Origin: Cirrosporium novae-zelandiae | Taxonomy: Eukaryota | Direction of reading: 5' to 3' | DNA: 64,000 nucleotides | Assembly: GCA_026023565.1 (NCBI GenBank) | Contig: JAPETS010000043.1 | Span: forward strand, 62,001-126,000 | Part shown: positions 37,090 to 50,194 of the stretch, one piece after another | How the letters are laid out: each line of letters starts with the position of its first letter | Position numbering within the stretch: the first letter of the stretch is position 1 | Position numbers and translations under genes: made by a program | The notes under the pieces: generated by a model | Told to the model about the DNA's origin: nothing | Seen by the model: only the letters and a program-made list of their open reading frames with translations | Databases searched by the model: none

Positions 37090-38600
37090 TAACTTGCCGC
37101 ATCAATAGCTACAAGACGTAAACTCTTGTCGCAGTTTTGTACTGTACTAACCTCGAGATTAGTTTTCACTCTTACTGTCTTGGATTCTAAAAGCGGTTCG
37201 CCTCACAATACAGCTTCTGGCAGCTTTATAGCATTTATTCTCAACATAAATCTTTGACGTAATCTTGTATTTTTGAAGGTCGTCTATATTATGTTGAGTC
37301 CACCACCCAACATCATTTTTCTCGGGATTTATGCTAACGGTATCCTTGATATGACATTAGAGTACGATCTCGAATAAGATGATGATGCAAAGGCTGTAGA
37401 TGCCGAGGGTTCTGCGGTATGTTTCCTTAGCATCAGAGCTCTAGTAGGGGACTTGAATATACATTTCCCACTAGGGATTGGACTGTTCCGTTGTGGCGAG
37501 CGTTTTAGATTAAGACGAGCGCATTCGAAACTAGAAATGTAAAAGTTGCTGATATCAAGTAGTATCTTCTTTGAAAACAAACAAACATTACATTATCACC
37601 ATGGGAGGTTTTATGGAGTTAATTGACGACGTAAAGGTACAGTATGCTGCTGACGATCTTATATGACATGGTTACAACGGCTTCCGTGCTTTTCGCATAC
37701 AAAATCGGAGTGGACGGGGTGTTGGCTTTCATTCCCGTTCGCTCAGGATGATTATTAGGGCGGTATTTGCCTTCCAGTCCTACTAGTAAGTAGTTTAGTA
37801 ATGGTAAGCTTATCTTCTTGGGTAGCGCCACACTTCGGAGTATTACAATTTCGTAGATAGGATCACGGCTTCATAATTTGGAAGGCCAAGTCTCAGCAGA
37901 TTCGTCCCCACCTTGTTAATACTACTGAGCTGGACAAGAGATGCCAAAAGCCGACCATTGCGATGCCGGCAGTAGATGTATTGGTTTGATGGATGGTTAT
38001 TTAATAAGATATCAACTAAAGTTCAGACTTAGGTCATCTCAAGATAAGTTTTCTTGGTGGTTCCTTCTAGAACCTGAGCCTGTTGGCCATGCATAGATTC
38101 GCACAGGAAGCCATTTAGTTCAGTAATTCTTGTGAGTAGTTTCTTGAAGATACCGTCGTCAGAAAATACCGGCACGAGATGGGGTGCTTTGGGTTTTTGG
38201 AAGTTGCTGCCGCATCTTTGGCTACTAAAATAAAATGATTTGTATCTCGGATGTGTGCATTTGCTTGAATGTTCTTAGTCCACAGGACAATGAAAGAGAG
38301 AAAAACTTGTTAATAGTATCTTCCTGTGTAGGCACAGCACTGGATGTTTTGTCATCGGGTCTGAGTTCCTTATATTTACCGTTCACTTCCGCAATATCTT
38401 CTGATAAAGTGTGCATCTTGGTTAGAATGGCTCTTGGAGAACTTATCTAACATAAAACTCTCTAGAACATCTTCCCTCTCCTCACAATTAGAAAATGCCT
38501 TCAACATTTGACCAATCTAGAAGCTTCAAATATTCGATCTAAGATTAGATCCGAAAATATTGACATTCTTTTAACATACCTGCAGCCCGCAAAGTATCGG
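37090..38600 (-). pseudogene. Decayed HeLo (prion-inhibition/propagation) domain + kinase-like protein gene
   Basis: Collinear fragments FAGC..GMLKECQYFRI*S*IEYLKLLDWSNVEG; VFSDDGIFKKLLTRITELNGFL..TTKKTYLEM; YKIVSSILYLYVVN*LHKTSHGDNVMF; FYISSFECAR; P*WEMYIQVPY*..TYRRTLGIYSLCIIILFEIVL*. Stops and frameshifts throughout; ends approximate. Confidence 0.8.
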
Positions 38601-39199
38601 TGGTCCTGGACATATCAGAAAAGCCACTATTAGAGAACGTTCTCCAGGTTTCGCAGTGGGTTGCAAATCAATAAACACATTTACGCAGCGATAAAAACCT
38701 AAACCGCGAACGAGAGTACCTCAACGGCAGTTTCAGCAAGATCAATCATGATGAGATGAGATGAGGATGTTTCATGAGACAAGGCAAGAGATAGAAGTAC
38801 CAGAAAGCATTGAGGTAGGAGTAATTAATAGTTAAAAATACGACAGAACGCTAAGTAATAGAGAATGCAAACAGCGAAGGCTATGTCAGTCACTAGAAAG
38901 GCCGCCAGCGTTATAACTGGTAAGCAAAAGAGTCTAGGAAACCGGAGCACTCCTTGACAGTGCTGCCACTTTGCCGGTTTCAAGGAGACGACGGGTTTTA
39001 TCATGGGCTTTTTCATGCAATGTATTTAGAGAACAAGCATCGTTAAAAGCTCGCTCAAGTAATCACCTTCCGGCTCTATTGGGGCGGAGAGCGAGACTAC
39101 TACAACAACCACTCTATTGAGACTAGCAAAGGGTTAAGATGGCATGAAAGTGGGATGGGTTGAAGCTTGAAAACCTCAATGGTATAAATTTATGAAGCG

Positions 39200-39582
39200 G
39201 TTGAATGTATTATTTTTAGGCCCCCGTTCGGTACCGGAGTTGCATATTTCGTATGTTGCGTATCTGAGGTGTTTTTTGAGGTTTGTAGGAATTCCGCTCC
39301 GAAACTGAAATTCACAAAAACTGTGAAAGGTACTGTGCCTACTTACGGACCCGAATTTCAGCTTCGGGGCTCGGTTTGACACAGTTATGCGGGCTCAAAG
39401 TTTATATGCACAAATACAACTTAAAATACGCTTCTACAGAACGCGATACAGCGAATTTTAGCGAATTTGAAATTCGTGGTCAAATACCCCCCCATCTTGT
39501 TGGTACAAAACGGCGCCTTAATATTTCAAACCTCAAATCAAACCCCCTCGTTAGTTACCAAAAGGGGTTGGCGTTAACTAGT
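39200..39582. mobile_element. Candidate non-autonomous foldback element (MITE- or Helitron-like); boundaries uncertain
   Basis: Nested inverted repeats 39296-39313/39353-39370 (16 of 18 Watson-Crick pairs) and 39275-39285/39527-39537 (11 bp perfect). Terminal hairpin AACCCC(39541)/GGGGTT(39564) followed by CTAG-T at 39578-39582. Confidence 0.4.
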
Positions 39583-42500
39583 ACAATTTACTTTTAGCCA
39601 ATCAGCTCAAAAAAATCGAAATACTCATAACAATATGCTTCTGGAAGTATCCTATCAAATATAAAAAATAGTATGATGCAGCATTAAACCCTTCATGCAT
39701 ATTCTTTTTCTGGCTTCAAATGTTTCTTTCTTTTTAGCAAAACCATCCTATTTTGCCTTTTCAATCGGTCCCTCAGATTCGTGATTCACGATTCAAAACC
39801 ACCTCAGTGTCTTCGAGGCTCTTTTAGATATCTAAGCTGGGAAGTCTAACCTACCCGTGATATTGCCTATAGGTGTCGAGACTGACGATAATGGGTAGGC
39901 ATGATCGATAATGCAAGGACATGGTCTTCAAGAATAAAGGAATATACATATCATTTATGCATACGACGATTTCACCTCATGCTTCTAGAGCCTTCGATGA
40001 TCCTGTAGCTCCTCTAAACACAGTATAGTAAGTAGTACAGAGAACCCGAAGGTCATGTACTACCACAATTGATTTTTATTACTTTCCCCGGTCGTTCGTA
40101 TGCAAAGAGAGGGGGTGGCAAGCTACTAACTAACATCAATAAGAACGAAAGATGCTACCTTAATGATAAGGTGTGAATAATACCTAGGTGGTTATTTGAT
40201 AAGATCCAAAGGAACAAAATATGACCAGTCAAGAGAGAACAAGGACATGAATAGCTTCCATCCTGAATATTCTAGGGCCTTAGGCATCACCACTATAACA
40301 ATTTTCTCAACTATCAAGCCACACTCCCCACAAAAGTTCTCATCTCATCTCACAGGGAAGTTTTTCACGAGCTCAACGGCTAAGAAGTGGGGGAGGGGGC
40401 CGTGGTAAAAATGTCCCAGGATATAAAACCCAGCCTAATTACATGTCGTGACTGTCATACCTCCAACGCACACATACACTCTTACATACATCCAGACTCC
40501 CAGATTTCCGGAAATCCACGACGCCTCGAGGTACACAAGACACAATCTAACGCGGCTAAAAGGATGTGTATGACTTCCAAGTTCCCAATCTAATCCGTCC
40601 GCCCTACAGATAAACAAATAATGGTTCATGTCGCTCACCCATGACGATTCACCTAGACACCATGCTATCTACATCTGATGTCAAACATCTAGCATATCCC
40701 GCCCTCAAATGGAGGAGGGAGGGCCTTTAGAGATCCTGAATATGCACCTCATCCAACCAATCCAACCCAATCCAGATTCCAAGCGGCAACCTCGACATAC
40801 ATACCCCTCACCTCATATGACTCATAATGATAACCCTCCCCCAAACCCAGTCATTCACTCAGCCAGTCAGTCAATCAATAGGTCAGTCATAAAACTCTCA
40901 TACCAATCAACCAACCAAGTTATGCTGCCCAAGCCAAAAAAAAAATCGACAACTCACCAAAACTATAAAATATGACTCATCCCTCCGCATCTTTGCAAAA
41001 AAACAAGATAATAAGACCAGGCAGAAAAGATAGTAGAAAAATGACGCGCCCTAGATGTTTGTTTCACGCTAACTAGGATTATTTAGCGGATCGCGCGCGT
41101 TGTCAGGTGCCTGTGCTTTGTGATACATACCATATTTTTTTCCCCGGTTGTACTGTTCGTACTAATTAGTTGGTGGTTGTACCGAGATAAGTATGTGACC
41201 AACTGCATTGCATACATGCATACATGTACAAACTACGCTAATGAACAATACTTAAACGCATAGAGGGATCTAGTAAAAATTTTTTTTGAAAAAAGAGGCA
41301 AATAAATAATTAATCAAGATATAAATCTTGTTTTTTTTGTTTCGTTCCCTGTTTTTATTTGTTGGTTTGGTCCAGGGTCCAACGAATATGCGCACCGAGG
41401 GTTTTGTAATTAGGGCTATCTATAAGTACCGGATAGGCAATGTAGGTATGGTATAAATGACAAATGATGAAGGGGTTTTTTTTGGAAGTGGTTAGGCTGT
41501 ATGGATGTGAAATTTATCAAATTGTATATTTCAAGAAAAGAAAAGAAGAATGAAACATTAAGGACTATATAATATATATATATATATATATATACGTGCA
41601 CGTATGAATAACATTGTATTATATCGTATCAAAACATTTTCCATATTTTCCCATCACGTTTTTTAGGGTCACTGATCATTTAGTGGCAGTATTAAGTAGA
41701 TAGGTAGGTAGGTAATATAAAGATGAATAGATAGATAGGTAGTACACAAAATAGTTGGATAGCTTCCTAAGTACGTAGATATCTAAGAAAACACTATAGA
41801 CAACATTAGGCACCAACCCACACAGCCTGTCCTATCCTATCTCATCCGCACGCAGTAGCCTACATGCCCGCCCGGCTTGTTTGCCTTTACCTAGAGTGCA
41901 ATAAGGGAAAGAAGAAGCAAAAGAAGAAGTAGAAATGCGAAAAAAAGACAAAAAGCCAAAAAAAAAAAGGAATAATAGGCAGACAGGCAGATTAGACAAA
42001 CAAGTATATTTTACTTACTTTGATATTGATACCTATGGTATCGAAAAACCATGTCTAGAATGTCATTTTTTTCCGTATACATGTAATACCGGCAGCAGTA
42101 GAAGGGCGTGGAAGATGTTGGTCTTTGTAGCCGTTGTAGTCATTGGGTGCCGTTAGCAGCAATGCCCTTGACGCTACTGCTTATGAAGCCGAAGCCTCAA
42201 GGTTACGGGGGGGGAATGTTTGCTAGTACTAAATGTCTTATGCATATATATAAGGTACATATATATATATACTATACGTTGTAGCCTTGGTAAGGCTGAT
42301 GGAACTGTCGTACAGGGTTCCTTTGGGTTGAGGAGAAGATGGCGTTGCTGTTTGCGTTTTGTGTGCTTAAGCTCGTCATTCCTTAGTCATGCGGTAGATA
42401 GATAGATGTCTTGGTTTTGGGGGCTCGGGGAATATGGAAGAGGTGAGGTATGTGTGGTAGGACCAAGTAGGCAGAAGAAACAAATTGCTTGGATGGGGAT

Positions 42501-43637
42501 GAGTGGAAGGAAAGATTTGCCATGCCTTGGGGATAGAAGTGACATGGCTTGTTGAGGGTTGTCCTTCGGGGGATGGAATAGGGACGTTAATAGATGGATT
42601 TGTCGGTACTAATCTCACGTCTCACGCGAAGAAGGATATCATTACATGTTTTTGAGGAAAGTTATATTTCTGAAGAAGGGTGTATGTATAATCCGTGGTA
42701 GTTTTGTTGTTGCAACAAGGATAAAAAACCAGTTGAATATAGGCAACTTGGGGATTTAACTCCTTGGCTTGTAGTAAAAATATGCATCAAACAAGGTGGA
42801 AGGTTTTCGCAACAAGTAACCAAAAAGGTTAGAAGAATATTAGAGCTCTTGAACATAGAAACCTATATTTCAGTTAGTCCTTCTAAGCCGGACTGATAGC
42901 TTTTAGAGAGGGAAAGTAGTACGAAGATGACTAGAAAGTGAAATTACATAAGAGAAGCGATTGATCTTGTGGTATTGTCCTTGGAAGACAGCCACCACTT
43001 GCCAACAATTATACAATATCTTGAAAATAAGAGAAGTAGTGATATACTACATCATTTTAACGATATAGCGGAAGCTCATCGAAGGTTGCATGTGGGGTCC
43101 GTACTGGATATTTCATCCACGAAGTTTGTGAAACAAACCAGGCCAGCTCGTAGAGACTCTTGATCATCGAGTAGAACAAAAAGACCACATAGGGACACAC
43201 TCTATCACATCTACAATGACTCAATTTATAGAAATGCTCAGTTCGAGCTGTTCTTAAATGCAGGTCTTATTTCATGATAATGTACAAAATATCGTACAGG
43301 GAGATGGGTATATGGGGGTCTGCGTCTATCAATACAAGGCTTTGAAGAGTAGAGAATGGGAAGAACCGAGGGATTGTCTTTCTGGACGGTTCTGAAAAGA
43401 AAAGAAGAAAAAAACCCATAGCCAGGAAGAGAAAATGTGAACGCTTGATCATCATAGCCAATCCAGCCCCCATTACTTGCATCAAAGAAAAATGCCAGCC
43501 ATTCGCCTCAAGAAACACCAAACGCCAAACACCTTGCAAGAAGCCCATCTGTAGAACTTATCCTTAAGTTCGAACTTAAATGAAAAATGCTCCATCCAGT
43601 ATATCATAATCAGCAAAAGTTGATCGAGTCTAGACAG

Positions 43638-46389
43638 TTATCCACCATTGGGCATTTGCCGCCGTAGATTTTCCACAACTGTTTCAAGTTCTTTCAGCCT
43701 CCGTTCCTTATCTTCGTTCTCTTTTCTAAGTCTCTTCACCTCTGTTATCCATCCACCTTCCGGAATGACTTCAATATCGTCTTCATTATTTCCATCATCC
43801 AATTCATCCCTCTTCCTCTTTCGTGGAGGTGTAGGACCTACCGACATTGGCGCAACTTGCGGCATGGGTAGCGGTATGGACGCAGGCGGCATAGGCCCAG
43901 GTGATTGAAACGGTACTGCCTCACCACCATTACCAATGATTTCAGAGGCGTTTGCATGCCTTCTGCGTAAATGTTCATTCAAATTCTCCTTCCGGGTGAA
44001 ACCATGTCCAGTACTTCTGTTGCAGTCCGAAAAAGGGCACATCAACCGTTTTTTCTGACCAACATCTTTCATATGCACTTCTCGCATGTGTCGTAATAGA
44101 CCACCTGAATAAGTGAAGCCTTGCATTTTCGAGCACCCTGGTTCGGTACATTTGTAAGGACGATCATGTTTGTCCATATGTTTACTGGATGACCGTGTTA
44201 GCGCGAACCCCAAGACGCGATAAGAAAAAAATATTTACTTACTTCCATTCGCAAGGTCGCCTAAAGGTCGGTGGATTTTGCTGACAGTCTTGATGATTAC
44301 AATATATAGATCCATCTTCTCGTCTTGGTGGTTGTTCGGGTCGCCGGTGCGAAATAATTGCCCTCGGGCGTTTTCCCAATGTCACAGAATTTTCATCTTG
44401 CTGCATGTCGTCTTCGATAGTTGTCACGCTAGAAGCTCTTCTCGATGTCCCATTCCCATTACTTATTGGACTTGCAGGAGTCGGATATTCCATTCCTTGT
44501 TGATCAACGCCCATCCCTTGGTACAGGGAGTATCGATCGAAAGCTACACTTGAATTGGACGGTGAGCGTTCAAAAAATAATCTTGATTGATCGGGCCAAG
44601 TACTTCCAGCGGAGAGATCGAATTCTTGAGGTGCTGGAGCATCGGGAGGTTGAATGGTAAGCTGTGGCGGAATAAGTTCGGGCAAAAAGGATGACCTGGA
44701 TGGGAGTTGGCGGTATAACAGCTCTCTTGGTGACCAAACGCCAAAGACTGGGCTATATGCTGCTGGGGAATTCTCAGCTTTGATGTTAAAGCTGGAATTA
44801 TGATTCTTTGCAGTCCAGGCGTAGGGCGGCGCAGACGACGATGAAAGCTCGGCGGTGTCGGGCCTTATATCTGAATAATTATTCCAATGAGTCGGTGCGG
44901 CTGTTTCCAGGTTACCTGAGCTGCTTCGGTTGCCTACGCGGCGGATGATCTTAGTCAGCGGGTACTTTAGGTATAATTCGTATTATCGTATAACAATGTT
45001 TGGTACCTTGGTTGGGAAATTCAAGAGAAAAAGTATGGGGCACGTGAAGAAGATTTAAGAAAAAATGCCAAGTCAGAGTCAAATCAGAAGCAAATCAAAG
45101 TCGATGAAAGTCAAATGAAACTCAAGTCCCATGACCTTGAACCAACCCGAATTGGGTACCAAGGGATGAAACAGACAGGGATAACTCTTGGTAATTGGTA
45201 AAGAAAGTAAGAGAAGGGGGGGTGGTGACAAGGATTAAAAAATACAGTACAATATACACCCATGTACTACCATGTTAGGTATTTTTGGTACTGTCAGCGA
45301 TAACACAACAAGTAAAATAAAAAAGTGACTCACCTGAGACACCTAAGGCATTTGATTCCAAATCATCTCTTCTATTATTGTTATTCATAGGCACATATAG
45401 GCCCCCAACATTTTCATTTCCATTGCCAGCGTTTCCAGGATTGCCAACATGGTCATTATGGCCATCATGGATAGAATTGGTAGGTCTTGCGAAAGGATAG
45501 GAAGAAGGGATTCCGAGGGGCACAGCCACACTGACATTCGCATTCGCATTCGACACCCGAGAAGATTCGTCGTCACCTGGAATTTCTGGCCCACCATAAC
45601 CACCCATTGTGGACACTGCACTCTCCGCCGAGCCTCTCCTGGCTTGCGACGCTCCCACTTGCATATTAACATCCATGGCATTCATAGTATTCTCCATATT
45701 GCCTGTCGGTGTGAAATTCTGTTGCTGTTCCATTTCAAGATCCATTTCTAAATTCAGTTAGCATTTCATTATGTCATGTCAGTTCAACATGAGCAAAGGG
45801 GAAGGGAAATGTTGCGGATGTGAAAACACTGACCAGATTGGAAAATACTAATAAACTCAGGGTCATTGAGGAAAACCGATTGTGGTTGCCTCAGTGAATT
45901 GTCCCAGAACATCCAACAGACACCCCACAATACAACAAGTGAAGCTTTGATATTCCATGGCATTGTTGTATTTAGTGGTCTTTTCCCATCTGGCCATTCT
46001 GTGAACCAGCCTTTCTTTACAATATGCCGACGGATTAAGATGTACTCCAACTGCTGCATATTCTCACAGAAAAGATACTCGAGAAGCGTATGTTCCAGTC
46101 GAAGCAGCAAATGTTCTAGGTTTGCAATATCCTTGTCATCGCAGTGATATAGATCCGGTGGACATTCGGAGTAACTTGGCTCCTCGTGGCGAGATCGAAC
46201 GTTCAGTTTAGCTAGCAGCAACGCCGTCAAGTCCAGAAAGTGTCTTGCATCTGCAATGCGAAGTCCTTTGATCGTAACCGCAACGTCGTATACGAGAAAC
46301 AATTCGTCATTGTTGGCCGCAGCAATCAACGAAGCTGTTTTTCTTTCTAGGTCCTCTGAACTTTCAAGACTATAGAGCGGTCTCCACAT
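43638..46389 (-). CDS. C2H2 zinc-finger transcription factor (three fingers, C-terminal coiled coil); exons 46389-45834, 45747-45334, 44933-44243, 44184-43638
   Basis: Fingers CNHQDC..FRRPCEWNKHMDKH, RPYKCTEPGC..GFTYSGGLLRHMREVH and CPFSDC..GFTRKENLNEHLRRRH. Three canonical introns join four segments in frame; joining of the two upstream exons is less certain than the finger exons. Confidence 0.82.
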
Positions 46390-46646
46390 TCATGAAAGAT
46401 CAGCGACGTGTCAAGATATCGATAGGCCCGGGATAGTTAAGGGATAGACATACGATTGATTCCTACAACCAAGCCACGGATCTTCATAAGATGTTCGTAT
46501 AATCGGAATAGAGATGGCAATCCTAACGAAAATCAAGGATATAATTAGCAAAGCCAAGATCTCTGCCACCATTGGCACAATTAAGCATATAGTTTATATA
46601 TTTCCCCTCGATTCCTAATGACGGAGAGATAGGTTAGATAGGAAAC

Positions 46647-46889
46647 TCATTCATACCTATACTCCTTATCTCTCCCCGACATTCCATTTCGGACTTTCTT
46701 CTCCCGCCAGGTCTCCTCAAGGCAGCTATATTTCTCACCAACTCTATTTCCTTTACCTTTTGCACAATCACCACGTCTTTCCCGGCTCCGCCTCAGCCTC
46801 CTCACAAGCCTAGTCGTAGCATATATGACGAGGAAGGCGGATGCGGACGCAAAGGCGATTCCAAACTCTTCAGTAGATAATAATTCCAT
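46647..46889 (-). CDS. Possible 80-aa single-pass membrane microprotein or uORF upstream of the C2H2 gene
   Basis: Hydrophobic FGIAFASASAFLVIYATT followed by a strongly basic RLVRRLRRSRERR; stop about 260 bp upstream of the C2H2 ATG, same strand. Confidence 0.3.
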   Translation of the reverse strand: MELLSTEEFGIAFASASAFLVIYATTRLVRRLRRSRERRGDCAKGKGNRVGEKYSCLEETWREKKVRNGMSGRDKEYRYE

Positions 46890-49011
46890 TCACACCAAGT
46901 GAAGGGAGGGGGGAGAAGCAAATCCTCTCACCAACTCTTTGCTGCAAGTTGGACAAAAGGCAGCTAATAGACTTGAAGGTATACAAATAAAGTGGGGAGG
47001 AAAATAGTTGTGGTGTACACCTTTCCTTCGCTCAAAAGGAGAAAACAGGCCGCTGATATTATCAAGGCCGGTCACAAATGCGGTCGACAGCTTTTCGTGA
47101 ACACCCCAAACTTGAGGCTCCAAGTACATTTTCTCTCTTCTACTACGTAGGTAAGGCTGACATCGTCAAGACCACCGCCACACAGGCACACAGGCAAGGA
47201 TGTAGATACACATTATTCTTACGAGCAATGTCTTTGCGCCAATTCCAATCCATATAATCTCATCTTACATCCACCTGCATGTAACTATGCATGCAGCCTA
47301 ATAGAATCGCAGCTGGCGAGGCATTCATATACCAATAACTAGATGAGGGGTATCTATCACCACGCTGTGGCTGTGCATAGATCCATGCCTCCTTCAATGC
47401 GTTCCCGCCCTATTTCCTATTTTCCATGAACAGGGCATACTTTGCTTTCCGGATATCAAGGTACATTGGTTAGGGGAAAAAACTCTATTGTATATAGAGG
47501 TAGGCATGCGGGGGGGATCATTTCGGACCGTTTTTTTGGTGTAGTCTGCCTGAGGCAATCTTATATAGCTTAGTTACGTAGAGCAAGATAGTAAGATTAG
47601 CGGGCGATTAGCCAACACAAGGCAGTTCCGCACAGCCCACCATGTTCATGGCCGAATATTGATTCGGACTTATTTAACATAACTGACGTCAGAAGGATGG
47701 GAGTAAAATCATCGTTGTGGATGTTTTATCTTTTTACCTACAGAGCCTCAAATCCAGGTACCTATCGATCTATCTACTTGGTAACTCTCTTTTATTACTA
47801 CCCTCGGCACATCACCCACCCACATCTCATATTTCCCGAATCCAATTTATTTACCTTATCTTATTATTGTTTCACCTTATTTTCTTTTCCCGAACATTCC
47901 AAGATTTGTTTGTTAGTTCACTATCTTTTATACCAACAATCCAGCCAACATCCCTTATAAACAATTTACAAACCCCCTTCCCCCCCCCCTTCTCCTTTTT
48001 TCTCTCCACAACTCAAAAAACCCCTTAGGAGCCACACACAACTCAACCAATCCCTTCTTCATCTTCCAACCTAATTAAAACCAAACGTTCAAATATTGGA
48101 AAAAGAAAGACACGCCCACTATCCCCTGTGATCGAAAATAAAAATAATATAGTAAACATGGTTTTGAATGGTCATGGGGTCAGACTATATACACTACTAC
48201 TACTTACTACACGTATACAACATGATATTTCCATTACATTACGTTAGTCTACATTGTTCCACATACCCTTTTTGGCGGGGAGATTCAGGGATTGAGGGGT
48301 TTTGACTTCATTTATTGTAATTTATACGTTTTTCTCTCTCTTTCAATCCATGTGTGTGTGTGTGTATAAGGTAAATTGGGCCCGTAATTTTGATAATTGC
48401 CAACCAACCCTTCTTATCTTTTATAGTTATATATATATTGATATACGTGAAACCAAACATCCACTTAAAACTCACACCGACATCTAACCCAGGTTTCCCT
48501 TCAACTCCATTATCTCTCCCCTCCTTTCAAAAAGGAAAACAGGGAAAGGAGATGTACGGAATCTGGCTTCCCTTTCCATTCCGTTCCCTTTCTTCAAGTT
48601 ACATGACCCCCTAAAACCCACTTACATATATCTAATTGTCCCTGGTCGGACTCTGCCGAGAGACAATGACAGCCCGAGCGACAAATATACCAAAATTGAA
48701 ATCTGAATGTAGCTATTTAGGGCCTGAAGTTCTGCGAGGATGGTTTCAAAAACGGGACTTAGTTATTCGAATTCAAGAGTCTCGTTATAGAAAAAGAATA
48801 CGGCGTTTCTACTGATTCTCCTCTTAGAACTTGTATAGGAATAACAAAATTTAAACACAGCTCCATATGCTATGGCATGTATACAAACCAACCTCGAGTA
48901 ATACCTCAAACATGATTGACCAACTCAAGAAATTATGCCGAATCGCAACTGAAACAAGGCTCGTGTGGATGCAGTGTGTTCCAATGTGATTGCGGCTCCC
49001 TTATATCTCCT

Positions 49012-50194
49012 TTAAAGTTTATCTAGCTTCTTCCTCAGGTTTCTCGTCCGCTTCATGAGTTTCTTATATTTATGCTTCTTCATCTTCAGCTTCCGTTGTC
49101 GTTTGACACTCAATGCTCTCCACGTAGTCTGTCCATGTTGTTGGGACCTTTCCTCCATGAAGTTTTCCCATTTTTCCTGGCGAATGCGCATACGTTCTAG
49201 GAAGCTTTGACCCGGTAGAGAGGCAGGTGCTTCCTTATCTCTTTGTTCCTGGGTGTGCTGGATCTCGACAATTGGAGACGTGTGAGCTTCATATGTGCGT
49301 TCACCGTTGGGATAGTTGGTCTCATGAATGGTAAGAACAGTAGAATAGCTCTTGTGCCTCGGTTCAGAGTCTGTTGAGAGTACCTCTGCATCCATTGGGA
49401 CCGGCGGTGGTGGCGGATGAAATGCACGGAATTGTTTTGAGAGCTCATGAATTGAGAGTTTGAGGTCAGAATGGGCGGGCGGGGCTCCGTCGATATGAGT
49501 GACGGAAGAAGGCTCGGAATTGCTGTGAGAGGATTGAGTAATAGCCGTTCGTAGATCCTCAGCCGCATGGGCGTCTGGATGCGCTTGGCTGTAGGTTTCG
49601 AGATGTTTCACGGCGGTTGATAAGGTATAAATAACGTCGGAAATTTGTGGGTTTACATGTTGTCGGGGTTTGAAGATGGTGGCAAAGGCGTCTGCAGTTG
49701 AATTTGGGGGGACTGAAGTTGTCACTGATAAAGGGCGATGTATGGAAAAGAAGGAAGCAACGTGGATATCTTTAAAAACTATTACTTCAAGCAACTATTG
49801 GTAGGAGGCATCCAGGCTCACCATGAGGATTTATATGGTTTGTAGACGGCACACTTGGAAGACTAGCAAATTGTGCACTCTCATCTTTTGATACATCTAC
49901 CGTTCCCTTCGCTTTTCGCCGCCCTATTTTTGTAGTTGATCGCTTTGCATTTTCTTTCGAAGTTGCAGTAGCAGATTTTGTGGGCGCATCTGGTGTTTCT
50001 ATACCCCTTGAGTCATCACTCGGAGGTGGTGGGGGTTTCGATGAGGAATATCGTCTTTGTGAACGACGGGAAGAGAAGGATCGCGACGAAGCAGTTGAAG
50101 TCACTGCCGCAGCGGCCGAACGGGGACAAATGGAAGATGAGACGGTGGTTGTGAGAGTCGCTCTACCAATGCGACTTAGAGAGAGGGAGAACAT
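49012..50194 (-). CDS. COX24: Mitochondrial Cox24/mS38 family protein; exons 50194-49822, 49769-49012
   Basis: Presequence ending RRYSSSKPP, LPSVPST..H|DIHVASFFSIHRP and C-terminal ALSVKRQRKLKMKKHKYKKLMKRTRNLRKKLDKL. Confidence 0.92.
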
